From the NCBI GenBank assembly GCA_963782115.1, contig CAWAIK010000001.1, forward strand, positions 416,001 through 480,000: a stretch of 64,000 bases of DNA, written 5' to 3'. Both the position numbers and the translations under genes were made by a program. This DNA is from an uncultured Verrucomicrobiae bacterium. Lineage in GTDB: Bacteria; Verrucomicrobiota; Verrucomicrobiia; Chthoniobacterales; JAFAMB01. Below, one piece after another: positions 1 to 10,193 of this stretch. Every line of letters starts with the position of its first letter. The stretch's first letter is position 1. The notes under the pieces were generated by a model. It had not been told where the DNA came from, searched no databases, and worked only from the letters and a program-made list of their open reading frames with translations.

Positions 1-150
1 CGACGGCAATGGTGCTCATCTCCAGGGAGATGGGAGCCCGTTTTACTCAGTTGTTGTTGACCTTCCAGACTGATGGCAACGCAGCTTTTCCATCCAATGA
101 GACTGAGGCATTCGCCTATGTCCTGCGAGGTTCAGTGCGCGCAGAAGTCC
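1..150 (+). pseudogene. Cupin fragment resembling (S)-ureidoglycine aminohydrolase; runs off the window start and similarity is lost after ~150
   Basis: VLISREMGARFTQLLL...ETEAFAYVLRG resembles the first cupin of AllE/YlbA-type proteins; the rest of ORF 9..398 is not recognisable. Confidence 0.45.
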
Positions 151-305
151 CAGGCATGAGGGCAAGTGAGGTGAATGGCGTGTCGGCGTTTGGGCGTATC
201 GGCGTTTCGAATCCAACGCAATGTGGACGAAGGATCCCGCTTTGCTTCTCGCGGATCGTGCAAAGCGGGACGACTCGCTACCAGCCTTTGCCGATCCGCT
301 CTTCA

Positions 306-614
306 CTAGGGATGTCTTCCTGCCCAGATGAGATAGGCGAAAAACAAGATAATCGCGAATGCGCAGCCGGTCTTAAATTGCTTAAAGAAGCGGGATAAGA
401 CGTAGCCAAAAACAAAACATTCCAGCCCGGTGAGAAAGGTGGATCCGATGAACTGAAATACGCCAAAGTTCGCGGATGGGGTCATTGCGGGGGGCCTAAA
501 AAGGGAGGTAACAATTGCAGCCATCCAGGCAAAAACGAAAAGGACCAAGGCTTCAAGAGCTAGTCGCCGGCGTGCCGACTTCCGGGTGGAGTTGGTTTGG
601 TCGTTTTCGGTCAC
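306..614 (-). CDS. Small membrane protein (about 3 TM), hypothetical
   Basis: 102-aa ORF with three hydrophobic segments. Confidence 0.55.
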   Translation of the reverse strand: MTENDQTNSTRKSARRRLALEALVLFVFAWMAAIVTSLFRPPAMTPSANFGVFQFIGSTFLTGLECFVFGYVLSRFFKQFKTGCAFAIILFFAYLIWAGRHP

Positions 615-649
615 AACCTGAGATTGACGCCGTTTGAAGAGAGAATTCC

Positions 650-2314
650 TTACATGTGAGCCTGGATCGTCACCAGGATGCCCACTAACACCGCGAGCGC
701 AATGCTGTGAAAAAAAACGAATCGGAGGATATCGCCTTCGTGCCCGTACCAGCGTGTCGCCGTCGAAGCGACAACGATGCTCTGGGCGTCGATCATTTTA
801 CCCATCACACCGCCGCTGCTGTCTGCGGCCGCCATCAAGACCGGATTGAGTCCCAATTGTTGCGCGGTGATTTTTTGCAGACCGCCGAACAAGACATTGG
901 AAGAAGTGTCAGAGCCGGTGAGCGCCACTCCCAGCCAGCCAAGGAGTGTGCCAAACATCGGATATAGAACTCCGGTCTGAGCAAAAGCGAACCCTAGCGT
1001 GGCGTCTGTTCCTGAGTAACGAGTGACGAATCCGAGAGCGAGCATGCAGGCGATCGTTAGCAATGAGAGTCGCACGAGTTTCAAGGTCTTCCAGTAAACT
1101 CGCGCCAGCCCAACGGGCGAATAACCCATCAGAAAACCGCTGAGAATTGCGGCTACGAGGATACCCGTACCGGTTGCCGACAATAAGCTCAACGCGTAGA
1201 CCGCTGCTTCAGGCCGAGGTTCCGGCACTAAGGGTGGAACTCGCAGGATGAGCTTGTCCAGGCCGATGACCGGCAATTTTGGGTTAAACAGCCAGTCCAG
1301 AAACGTCTTGAACTGGGGTATTCCCCAGAGGAAAACTGCGAAGGTCAGGATGACCAAGGGGAGCCACGCTTTCACCGTATCGGCCCGGGTAATCTGAGTT
1401 CCATTCTCCGATTGAAACCGAAAGGTCTCCGCGATCGGTTCGCCTTTGGTAGTCTGCGATTCCGCGTTCAGAGCTGGGTTACGCGACATCGACAGCCACA
1501 TGGTTCTCGGCTCCCAAACGCGTAAAAACAGGGTCAACGCCGCCATCGAAGTAACCGACGCCACGATGTCAACCAGCCAGGGTCCGTGAAGCGTCGAAAC
1601 AAGAAATTGGGGAACCGCAAAGCAGACCCCGGTCACAAGAATCGCCGGCCAGACTTGAATCATCCCGCGGAAACCGGCAAATGCCCAGATCAGCCAGAAC
1701 GGGATGATCAAAGAAAAGAAAGGAAGTTGGTGACCGATTTGCTTTGAGAGCTGAAGTAAATCCAGACCGGTAACGGCCGAAAGCGCAATGACCGGTGTGC
1801 CGATCGCTCCGAAAGCCACCGGAGCGGTATTGGCGATCAGGCAAAGACCCGAGGCGGCAAGCGGTGAGAACCCGATTCCTATCAAGATCGCGCCTGTCAC
1901 CGCCACCGGTGTACCGAAGCCCGCGGCTCCTTCGAAAAATGCGCCGAAGGCAAAGGAGATTAGCAGGAGCTGTAATCGGCGATCCTCCGTGACGTTGGCG
2001 ATGCTGTTTTGGAGAACCTTGAAGTGCCCCTTTTCCAATGTCAGCTGATACAGAAAGATGACGTTGAGGATAATCCAGCCAATCGGCATCAAGCCGTAGG
2101 CGGCACCGTATAATGCAGACATTACCGACATCCGAACAGGCATTCCGAACTCAAATACGGAGACGAGGAATGAAGCGGTGAGACCTAGCAACGCAGCAAT
2201 ATGCGCCTTGAGATGGAGGAAGCCGAGAGCCCCGAGCAGGACAGCCACGGGTAAGGCAGCGAGAAGAGCCGAAAGAACTATGTTATGGAGGGGATCGTAA
2301 ACCTGTGACCACAT
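650..2314 (-). CDS. lctP: L-lactate permease
   Basis: Motifs FFEGAAGFGTP, ANTAPVAFGAIG, GSDTSSNVLFG, GGVMGKMIDAQSI; start placed at MWSQVYDP. Confidence 0.93.
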   Translation of the reverse strand: MWSQVYDPLHNIVLSALLAALPVAVLLGALGFLHLKAHIAALLGLTASFLVSVFEFGMPVRMSVMSALYGAAYGLMPIGWIILNVIFLYQLTLEKGHFKVLQNSIANVTEDRRLQLLLISFAFGAFFEGAAGFGTPVAVTGAILIGIGFSPLAASGLCLIANTAPVAFGAIGTPVIALSAVTGLDLLQLSKQIGHQLPFFSLIIPFWLIWAFAGFRGMIQVWPAILVTGVCFAVPQFLVSTLHGPWLVDIVASVTSMAALTLFLRVWEPRTMWLSMSRNPALNAESQTTKGEPIAETFRFQSENGTQITRADTVKAWLPLVILTFAVFLWGIPQFKTFLDWLFNPKLPVIGLDKLILRVPPLVPEPRPEAAVYALSLLSATGTGILVAAILSGFLMGYSPVGLARVYWKTLKLVRLSLLTIACMLALGFVTRYSGTDATLGFAFAQTGVLYPMFGTLLGWLGVALTGSDTSSNVLFGGLQKITAQQLGLNPVLMAAADSSGGVMGKMIDAQSIVVASTATRWYGHEGDILRFVFFHSIALAVLVGILVTIQAHM

Positions 2315-2372
2315 AAAGATCCCCGACTGTGCCTTAGCGGTCTTGACCTGTCGATTCTGAAACATTACTCCA

Positions 2373-3158
2373 TTACTCCTCATGTTTTCTATAATCTCCG
2401 CGACTGAAATATTTCTCCAGCCAGACATACAAGCAGATAAAGAGGTAGCGGCTTCCCATTTCTTTGATTTTTAGTTTGGCTTCACCGGTTCTTCGGTTGC
2501 GCCAGGTAATGGGGATGACAGTCCAGGAAAAACCGCGGACGATCGCCTTGAGTGGAATTTCAACAGTGAGATTAAAATGCGGAGCGATCAATGGCTGACA
2601 TCCGTCAATGACCGTCCTGCGATAGGCTTTAAAGGCGTTAGTTGTATCATTGAGCGAGATGTTAAACAGAAAACGCAAAAAGGTGTTGGCCAACCGATTT
2701 AATTGAAGTTTGAACCAGGGATAGTCGATGACACCACCTCCCTTGATGAAACGGCTTCCGAAGACGCAATCCCAACCCTCATTCAGCAGGTTCCAATAAC
2801 GCACCACGTCTCGGCAATCGTCCGATTCATCTGCCATCATGATGACAACGGCATCGCCGTGCATCTGGCCGAAACCGCAAATGATTGCTCTTCCGAAGCC
2901 GTGCAGTCCCTGGTTCTGCACCGGTAGAAGCTCGCCAATTCGCTTCTTTCCTTCCTGCAGTATTTCCCAGGTGCGATCGCTGCTTCCGTCATCGACCACC
3001 ACGATTTCATGTGGGATCTGATGCCGCCGCAACTCCAGATGCAACTGCTCAACCGTAGAAGCAATGCTGCCCTCCTCATCGCGAGCCGGGATCACGACAG
3101 TCAGGAGGCGAAGCGGGTCCGGCTTGCTTGCCGTCGCCATAGCTCTATTTTCCATCAT
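2373..3158 (-). CDS. Glycosyltransferase family 2 (polyprenol-phosphate sugar synthase-like)
   Basis: VVIPARDEE, VVVDDGSSDRT, MMADESD, FGSRF motifs. Confidence 0.9.
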   Translation of the reverse strand: MMENRAMATASKPDPLRLLTVVIPARDEEGSIASTVEQLHLELRRHQIPHEIVVVDDGSSDRTWEILQEGKKRIGELLPVQNQGLHGFGRAIICGFGQMHGDAVVIMMADESDDCRDVVRYWNLLNEGWDCVFGSRFIKGGGVIDYPWFKLQLNRLANTFLRFLFNISLNDTTNAFKAYRRTVIDGCQPLIAPHFNLTVEIPLKAIVRGFSWTVIPITWRNRRTGEAKLKIKEMGSRYLFICLYVWLEKYFSRGDYRKHEE

Positions 3159-3249
3159 GCTGCCTCCCTTCGGAATATGGTTTTTTCTCGAGGACGATTT
3201 GGTTGCTGCTCCGGCGCGCTGCGTCAATCGCAGCAATCAAGAGGGTCGC

Positions 3250-3496
3250 CAGCCGCTGCAAGTCTGAAGCCATTCCGGGTTCTGTTCGGCGTGATCTGCA
3301 ATCTCCGCCAAGATTTCTTCGAGCCGCACCGCCGGTTGCCATTCCAGCGAGATTTCGCGAGCGCGGAATTCATCACGATCCAGGGCAAATCGAATGGCCT
3401 GGGTTCCAAATTCTGCTCCACGTCACGATGACCGAACCGACCGCTGCACCACCCGCTTAATTCAGCAAGCGACATAGAATTTTTCAAGCCGCCGCC
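3250..3496 (-). pseudogene. C-terminal remnant of an NAD-dependent sugar epimerase/dehydratase, 5'-truncated and frameshifted
   Basis: GGLKNSMSLAELSGWC...RPFDLPWIVMNS..., then a frameshift into WQPAVRLEEILAEIADHAEQNPEWL; no N-terminal Rossmann domain upstream. Confidence 0.65.
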
Positions 3497-3609
3497 GCGA
3501 TAAATCCGTGCAACGTCGGATGGTCAACAAAGAACTCTCCACCGGTCATAGCATGCGAATGAAAAGCTGATTTAGACGATTTGCAACGGGGAATCGCGAA
3601 AGCCGGTGG

Positions 3610-4542
3610 TTAGTTTTGGCCATCTCCAGCCGCCAGAACCTGCGTCTCCCGGCGTACCAGGTCCAGGAGTGCGTGCCCTCGCAATCGAGCAAGTTCAGTG
3701 ACTTGGTGAGTAGCCGCTGTCCTCCTGGCAATTTCGTAGCCGATGAGATAACCCATGCGCGATGGAATCTGGCCGCCGCGTCGGTAGGAAAGATAACGGG
3801 CGGCGGTGGCGTCGTCGGTCGATTCAAGTTGCGTCAACAAACTGCGGGCAAACATGGGAACGAATTTTGGGCCTTCTTCAGCCAGCCGTGGGTCTAGAAG
3901 CGCATCGGCTAACGATGCATCAGGGTTCAAGACCTGACTAACATATGTTGCCAGGCCTTCCTGCCAGATCAGGCGATAGAGTTCTAACTGGTCGACGTCG
4001 CGCGGCAGCGGGTTAACTTGGAAATGGTAGACGTGAAATAACTCGTGAGAGAGTATCACCGGCAGGCGTACGTCAGTTCCGTGAAACTTGGCTAAGCCAT
4101 CCAATCCGAGCAGAAGCATGCGAGGATTGTCATGCGGGATCTTTCCGTCAAAGCGAAATAAAGAAAGCATAAGGTAGACCCTGGCTCTTGAAGAGTCGAA
4201 ATCGGGGAAGGCATTCAGAAATTTTGCCTGGATGGATGCGCGTTGTTCCTCGAAGCGACTGTGAATATGTTCGATCGCCGGAAGATAGGCGTTGAGTTCG
4301 TCCAGGTATTGTTCCAGGGTTCCAGTATCCGTCTTGAATACCTGCGGCCGGCCGTAGATCTCGGGGTGCGGCCGGATCATTAGTTGCGCAAAAAGCTTCG
4401 CGCGGCTTTCCCTCTCTTCGGGAGCGATTCGCAAATAGCTATATAGATCCGGAATAAGGTCGTACACGATCAGGTTGCTTGCGGCGTCTGCTCTCAGGCA
4501 TGGATAAATAAAGGCCAGAGAAATCAGGAGAAAGCGAGTCAG
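3610..4542 (-). CDS. Secreted putative Zn-dependent protease (DUF2268-like)
   Basis: Signal peptide, HELFH (HExxH), QEGLA and GYLIG motifs; start uncertain. Confidence 0.75.
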   Translation of the reverse strand: MTRFLLISLAFIYPCLRADAASNLIVYDLIPDLYSYLRIAPEERESRAKLFAQLMIRPHPEIYGRPQVFKTDTGTLEQYLDELNAYLPAIEHIHSRFEEQRASIQAKFLNAFPDFDSSRARVYLMLSLFRFDGKIPHDNPRMLLLGLDGLAKFHGTDVRLPVILSHELFHVYHFQVNPLPRDVDQLELYRLIWQEGLATYVSQVLNPDASLADALLDPRLAEEGPKFVPMFARSLLTQLESTDDATAARYLSYRRGGQIPSRMGYLIGYEIARRTAATHQVTELARLRGHALLDLVRRETQVLAAGDGQN

Positions 4543-6338
4543 GCGCCGGGTTTCTTTGTGTTGTCGGCTTTTTCCCATCGCGCGGAATTTTGTCGAATAT
4601 TCACAAATTCATTCGATTGCTGATCGTACACCCACATTTCCAACGGCTTCTCCGGATCCGGCAGAATAAATGGAGAGAGAAACATTTGCCATTCATAGCT
4701 CTGCTCTGCATCTCCTCGATCAGGCACTCGCCGCAGCTCTGTTGCTGCGACAAAAGCGCAGCTGCCTTCCGGCTTAAAAAATATCAGATGGGCGATAAAT
4801 TGGGATCCAAGTGAAACTGTGCCGGACAACTTCCAACCTTGCTCCACGAGCCCAAGATATCTAGCTTCAACGATTTTTCCGCCGACCGCATAGTTGCCTG
4901 TGGCCTGCACCCCGCCGTTTACGAAACTAACATCGTCTAACCGACCAAAATAACCTGCATCGGAAAGCTGTTTGATGCCGATATTAAGAATCGTTCTGCA
5001 TCTCAGGGGACAGAGGGGATAAAACGGTCCCGTCACCGTTCCGTCTACCTCCGGGTCAAAGTAGGAAGAAAAGGGAATCAACGTTTTCGCGAGCAGTTTA
5101 TCTCGCCTCTGGATTGCACCTGACTTAAACGATTGGAAATCACCGATGACCAAGAGCACTGCGATGGCAACCGTTACGCCAAAAGCCGCAAGAACCTGAA
5201 TGGAGCTGAGCCGCGTGTTTTGGCGTGTCGATTCCGTGTTCCTGGAATCAAGAGCAACCAGGATGAGAGCTAGGATGGCGACCAGCAGAAGATTAACGTG
5301 TGTGGTATAGCGGCTGGCAAGAAAGCCTCCCGTGTAACCCATCCCGAGTCTTCCGTATGTCGTGACCAGACAGAAGGAGTATGCATAGGCGCCTAAACCA
5401 AGCCAGGGTGCCGCCTCCGGCAGTCGATGACGCCTTATCAAAATCGATGTGACAAAGAGGAAGACGATGGTCATCGACAAACCAATAAACCAGGCGCGAT
5501 GGGGCAAGTGTTCGTAAGAAATCCACTGGGCCAGCGGGTTCCCTACCAGTCCAAAGAATCCAAAGATCGGCAGCTGCAATTTTTCCATGATTTGCTCCGG
5601 GCGAAGATTCAATTCCATGGTGCGTTGCAGACCGAAGAAATAGAGAGAGAAAACAATCGCCGCGGAGCTCAGCAGGCAAAGCAGCCCGATCGCTTTTTTT
5701 CTGAGAGGATCGTTTGTGAGGGAAAGAGCGAGCATCAGCGCGGGCCAGACGAGAAGCCCTTGGGCTGAAGAAAAACTGGCGGCGGCCCCAAGCGCCGCGG
5801 CCGCGAGCAGACGAACCCAGAGCGCGATGTTCGGTCGACACAATAAGATCAGGCTGGCTACCACGGCGAATTGAATGAAGAAGAAAGCGAACTGGAACGC
5901 CCACAGCCAGTTCTCCAGTTGCACCAGAGAAAACAATGCCGCTGCGCTCACACCCACCGCGGCGGTCCAGAGTGCCGGATGCGTTCGCGGATAAATCTTC
6001 TCGAATTGCGAAAAGAGGAAGAGCATCGCGACGACGGCAACGAGCCAGCCTGCGATCATCATTGCTTTCGAATTCCAATGGGTCAGCACGGCGAGCGTGG
6101 AGAACTCCAGCCGCGGGATCAGCATCCGATGCTCATTGTTCGGGGGCCAGAAACTGTTGAAGGTTGCTTGTCTTGATTCCACCGATTTTACGAGGTCGGC
6201 ATACCACCATTCGTCGGCGAATGGAACGTTCACCCCGTTGACAAGAATGAAGGTAAGAGCTAAAAGCGCCGCGATCGAGCTAAGTAACGCTGCTGCCCAC
6301 GCAGGTCTTCTCGGAAGAGGATATTCCTTCGGCGGCAT
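4539..6338 (-). CDS. Polytopic membrane protein, probable GT-C-fold glycosyltransferase
   Basis: Many TM helices, N-terminal PFADEW...NNEHR loop, SRY motif, soluble C-terminal domain. Confidence 0.6.
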   Translation of the reverse strand: MPPKEYPLPRRPAWAAALLSSIAALLALTFILVNGVNVPFADEWWYADLVKSVESRQATFNSFWPPNNEHRMLIPRLEFSTLAVLTHWNSKAMMIAGWLVAVVAMLFLFSQFEKIYPRTHPALWTAAVGVSAAALFSLVQLENWLWAFQFAFFFIQFAVVASLILLCRPNIALWVRLLAAAALGAAASFSSAQGLLVWPALMLALSLTNDPLRKKAIGLLCLLSSAAIVFSLYFFGLQRTMELNLRPEQIMEKLQLPIFGFFGLVGNPLAQWISYEHLPHRAWFIGLSMTIVFLFVTSILIRRHRLPEAAPWLGLGAYAYSFCLVTTYGRLGMGYTGGFLASRYTTHVNLLLVAILALILVALDSRNTESTRQNTRLSSIQVLAAFGVTVAIAVLLVIGDFQSFKSGAIQRRDKLLAKTLIPFSSYFDPEVDGTVTGPFYPLCPLRCRTILNIGIKQLSDAGYFGRLDDVSFVNGGVQATGNYAVGGKIVEARYLGLVEQGWKLSGTVSLGSQFIAHLIFFKPEGSCAFVAATELRRVPDRGDAEQSYEWQMFLSPFILPDPEKPLEMWVYDQQSNEFVNIRQNSARWEKADNTKKPGA

Positions 6339-6402
6339 GATCTGAAGAGGAAAAATTGGTGCTGGTTTTCTCTGACAAGAAAATCATGCGCGATGAACAG
6401 TA

Positions 6403-7314
6403 TCAAACAGGTGATATTCGTGGCAGGTAATCTTGTTTCCCGCCCAGTTTTTTGGCCATCTTTCGCAGCCGTTGCGTCAGAGACGCCGGCTCGATGTCGC
6501 TGCGGATGACGAGCACTGGTCGATCGGTGCGATTCACGATTTCGCGCGTGACATTTCCGATCGCGTAATTGCGCCACGCATCGCGTACCGGCCACGAACC
6601 GGCCACCACCAGATCGTAATCGCTTCGTTCGACCTCCGCGAGGATCTCATTGATCACGATTCCGTGGCGGATGTGTACGACTGCCGGGACACCGGCGCGT
6701 TCGATTATTTCTTTCTCAGTTCGTAGATTCCGAGCTAATGCCGAGTTCGAATTCAATAAGGCTGCCACATCTTCCTGCCTCCGGAATATCGTACCATGCA
6801 TGGCCGCAGGTCGGGGTGTGACGTTTAGCAGCGCCACTTCTGCAGACAGATCCTTGGCTAGCTTGCTCGTGAATCTTACCGCGTTCTCAATATAGGTACC
6901 CCCACCGCTGCAAATCAGAATTCGCTTTATGGATGGGCGCAACACGGGAACGACAAGCACGGGAGGAGCGATCGCCTCGGCGATCGAATAGGCCTTGGTC
7001 GAAGGAAGAAAAAACTCCTGCGCGCCTCTGCGTTCTGCCCCGATGATGACGAGATCATAAACCGTCTCCTTCGTGTGCCGGATGATTTCTGCAACCGGGT
7101 CGCCGATTTTGGTAACGATCTCCAGCTTAACCTCCTGCTCTCGAAATACCCTAGAGTCCTCGCGGAACGCTTCCAGGAGCCTGGGTTCGTCTTGCTCGAT
7201 TTCGGTAATCCCAAAAATCGTAGTTTCGGCTTTCGTGGCATGGGCGATAATTGCTGCGGAAGCGAGCGCCCTGCGTCCCCGCTCCGAACCGTCGCTGCAA
7301 ACAAGGATCTTCAT
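6403..7314 (-). CDS. Tandem universal stress protein
   Basis: Two USP domains: KILVCSDGS...DLVIIG and RILICSGG...DLVVAG...GNVTREIV...PVLVI. Confidence 0.9.
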   Translation of the reverse strand: MKILVCSDGSERGRRALASAAIIAHATKAETTIFGITEIEQDEPRLLEAFREDSRVFREQEVKLEIVTKIGDPVAEIIRHTKETVYDLVIIGAERRGAQEFFLPSTKAYSIAEAIAPPVLVVPVLRPSIKRILICSGGGTYIENAVRFTSKLAKDLSAEVALLNVTPRPAAMHGTIFRRQEDVAALLNSNSALARNLRTEKEIIERAGVPAVVHIRHGIVINEILAEVERSDYDLVVAGSWPVRDAWRNYAIGNVTREIVNRTDRPVLVIRSDIEPASLTQRLRKMAKKLGGKQDYLPRISPV

Positions 7315-7324
7315 AAAAATTTGG

Positions 7325-8248
7325 TCACAGATGATGGTTGGTGAGAAGTTTCTGAGCAATAACGAAAGCACCTAAGAGTGGAAGTGGGGCGAACGCCAGA
7401 CGGATGCGCGGGCCGGTAAAATATTGCGTCAGGTTTGCACCGATCCGGGCCCCAAGCGCCGCCCCGGTTTGCATGACCAGAGCGATCAAAATATCGACAT
7501 TTCCGTTCATCGCGTGCCGAATCGTGCCGTAACTGGCTGAAATGATAATCTCGAATAGATCCGTTCCTACCGCGATGTGAGTTGGGATTCCCAGCAGATA
7601 GACCATTGAGGGCATGCGAATGTAGCCGGCGCCTCCGCCAAGAAACCCGCTGAAAATTCCACCGATGAACGAGACAAAAAGGATCGCCCATAACGAAATC
7701 GATTCGATCCCCGAATGCGGGAGACTGACGAGCGGCGCAAACTTGATCCGCTGAATAGTCTTGGCAAAACCATCGAACGCCATGACATCCCGTTTCCGGT
7801 TTTGTGTTGGGTCGCGGCGCTGATCTGTGCGCCGATTTAATCGCAATGCCATCCAACTCTCCCATCCGCAGAACAATGCAATTCCAGTAAACACAACGAT
7901 CGATACGGTCCCGACAACCAATTCTACATGGGCGCCCTTCTTCAAAATTTCGATTGCCTGCACACCGGCCTCAGAACCAACGATCGTTCCGATCACCATG
8001 ATTGCGGCTAGTTTCAGGTCGATATTGCCGAGAACACGATGCGCCCGGGCGGCGACAATCGACTTCCCTACGATGTGGGCGAGGTCAGTTCCTACCACAA
8101 AATTCATCGGGAGTCCGGCGGCGAACAGGGCGGGAGAGGCCAGAAAACTGCCTCCCACGCCGAAAAATCCCCCCAGAATCCCTATAATGAACCCGATGAG
8201 AACAAGGTAAATCGGATCGAGATGAACACCGGAGATAGGGAAATACAT
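7325..8248 (-). CDS. Sulfite exporter TauE/SafE family protein
   Basis: Duplicated GFFGVGG...VGTDL and GFLGGGAG...AVGTDL motifs. Confidence 0.9.
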   Translation of the reverse strand: MYFPISGVHLDPIYLVLIGFIIGILGGFFGVGGSFLASPALFAAGLPMNFVVGTDLAHIVGKSIVAARAHRVLGNIDLKLAAIMVIGTIVGSEAGVQAIEILKKGAHVELVVGTVSIVVFTGIALFCGWESWMALRLNRRTDQRRDPTQNRKRDVMAFDGFAKTIQRIKFAPLVSLPHSGIESISLWAILFVSFIGGIFSGFLGGGAGYIRMPSMVYLLGIPTHIAVGTDLFEIIISASYGTIRHAMNGNVDILIALVMQTGAALGARIGANLTQYFTGPRIRLAFAPLPLLGAFVIAQKLLTNHHL

Positions 8249-8256
8249 GGTGCGTG

Positions 8257-8496
8257 TTAGCCTCTTCGTCGCCGGGTGACGTGGACCAGACTGGACGCCA
8301 GCCGTTCCAGTCCGACGGCCTGAACGATCATCAACAGAATTGCCACGAATGCATAAACTGCGGGTTCCCTGGCAAACAGTTCCTTCAGCCATCCGACGAG
8401 AAAATGAACCACCAACGCCAGATAAACCGAAACCAGCGCGGCATAGATCAGTACTTCAATGATCAGGTGAAAAATGGTCCGTTTCGTAACACTCAT
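8257..8496 (-). CDS. Small 2-TM membrane protein, first gene of the TauE-USP operon
   Basis: 79-aa hydrophobic ORF ending 8 bp before the TauE start. Confidence 0.7.
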   Translation of the reverse strand: MSVTKRTIFHLIIEVLIYAALVSVYLALVVHFLVGWLKELFAREPAVYAFVAILLMIVQAVGLERLASSLVHVTRRRRG

Positions 8497-8691
8497 GATT
8501 GGGCCCTGTTCTCGTTCTCCTATGTTTTAACTCAAAAAACCATCCGGAATTCAAACGGATGGCTCACGTCAGAGTCAGGATAATCATCATGCAAGCACAA
8601 TACCTTTTGAACAATCGAGCGGTTGTGACGCCCAAAAGAATTCCGCCGGGTGCTTGATTATTTCAATCAATCGGACAACCGGTAACACACC

Positions 8692-9249
8692 ATGCAGGAG
8701 AAAACTATTCTCTCAACTGTCAGTGCCTGGGAATTGGGAGAAAAATTTGAAATAACAAAGGCTCAGAAGAACGAAGCTCTTCGTGAAGCAAAGATTGCCA
8801 AGCAGGATGGCGATTTGAGCGAAAACGCTCCCTATCAAGCGGCAAAGGAGAAGTTTCGCACGATGGGTCGCATCCAACGCCGGCTGACCGGGGAAATGAA
8901 CGAGCTGATTGCGCAGGGCCACACGGTCGTCGATCCCCTGTCCTGGGTGACAGAGAAGCCGGTCGCTGCAGTTGAACTGGGAACCGTCGCTGAAATCGTG
9001 CTCGGCACCGAAAAGCAAACGGTGTTGATCGCGGGAGCGAGAGATCATCACTTTCCGAAAGAAGGGGAGATCATTCCAATCCCGTACACTTCTCCTCTTG
9101 GCACTGTCTTGATCAATCATCGGGCTGGCGATCATTTCACAGCGTGGATCAATGGCAACCAGCAAACGATTGTGATTGGGCGGGTGAGCCGTCCGACGCT
9201 CTCCGACATTCTCAACATTTTCCCTGTCCTTCGAGAGGAGCCTCGATAG
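8692..9249 (+). CDS. GreA/GreB family transcription elongation factor (divergent)
   Basis: GDLSENAPYQAAKE coiled-coil tip; SPLG motif in the C-terminal domain. Confidence 0.8.
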   Translation: MQEKTILSTVSAWELGEKFEITKAQKNEALREAKIAKQDGDLSENAPYQAAKEKFRTMGRIQRRLTGEMNELIAQGHTVVDPLSWVTEKPVAAVELGTVAEIVLGTEKQTVLIAGARDHHFPKEGEIIPIPYTSPLGTVLINHRAGDHFTAWINGNQQTIVIGRVSRPTLSDILNIFPVLREEPR

Positions 9250-9401
9250 GGTCACATCAGGGAAAACCAGTAAATACACCCATTCCGTCGCTACCTTCGT
9301 TCACGTGCCATCTCTCATCTTAAGCCGCGTTTGCCCATTCACGCTCAAAGATCGATAAGCACGACTGAAAACATAAAGGCCTCGAACATTAGTGGAAGAA
9401 T

Positions 9402-10148
9402 ATGCCAACCCTGACGACGAACCAGTGGGCCAGCACTCCGGAGAGCGTGGTCCGGGCGATTGTGTTCGATACTTTCGGCACCATTGTCGACTGGCGCGGA
9501 AGCCTCATCCATTCTCTCCAAGGCTTCGGAATGGAGCGTGGTCTGGAAGCACCTTGGGAGAAGCTCGTTGACAGGTGGCGCGCAGCTTACAAGCCTAATC
9601 TTGATCGCGTGCGCCGCGGCGAATTAGGGTGGACTATCCTCGACGAACTACACTATGCCGCGCTCGTTGAACTGTTGCCGGAATTCGGCATTGCCGCGCT
9701 GCCGGAACCCGACTTGCGTTTATTGACCAGTTGCTGGCACCGACTTTCTGCTTGGCCCGACGCGATTGATGGACTGCGCCGTTTAAGGGGAAGGTACATC
9801 ATTGGACCTCTCTCCAATGGAAACCTTTCCCTGTTGGTCAACCTCGCGAAATTTGCTGAACTCCCATGGGACGTTATTTTCGGCGCTGACCTTTTTCGCC
9901 ACTACAAGCCTGACCCTGAAACGTACCTCGGCGTCTGTGCTCTCCTGGGGCTGCGGCCCTCGGAAGTGATGATGGGCGCGGCTCACAATTATGATCTGGC
10001 GGCGGCGAAAGAGCTAGGCTTGCGCACGGCGTTCATCCTTCGCCCAACAGAACATGGACCGGAGCAGACCACCGATCTGGTCGCCGAGCAACCCTGGGAT
10101 ATTATCGCGACCGGTCTGGTTGACCTTGCGGAAAAGCTTGCAGTTTGA
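9402..10148 (+). CDS. Haloacid dehalogenase type II
   Basis: FDTFGTIVDW, LSNGN, YKPDP, AAHNYDL motifs. Confidence 0.92.
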   Translation: MPTLTTNQWASTPESVVRAIVFDTFGTIVDWRGSLIHSLQGFGMERGLEAPWEKLVDRWRAAYKPNLDRVRRGELGWTILDELHYAALVELLPEFGIAALPEPDLRLLTSCWHRLSAWPDAIDGLRRLRGRYIIGPLSNGNLSLLVNLAKFAELPWDVIFGADLFRHYKPDPETYLGVCALLGLRPSEVMMGAAHNYDLAAAKELGLRTAFILRPTEHGPEQTTDLVAEQPWDIIATGLVDLAEKLAV

Positions 10149-10193
10149 TCCCGAGCGCTTGGACGGGAGATTCAGGATATCCGGCCCAATTTC

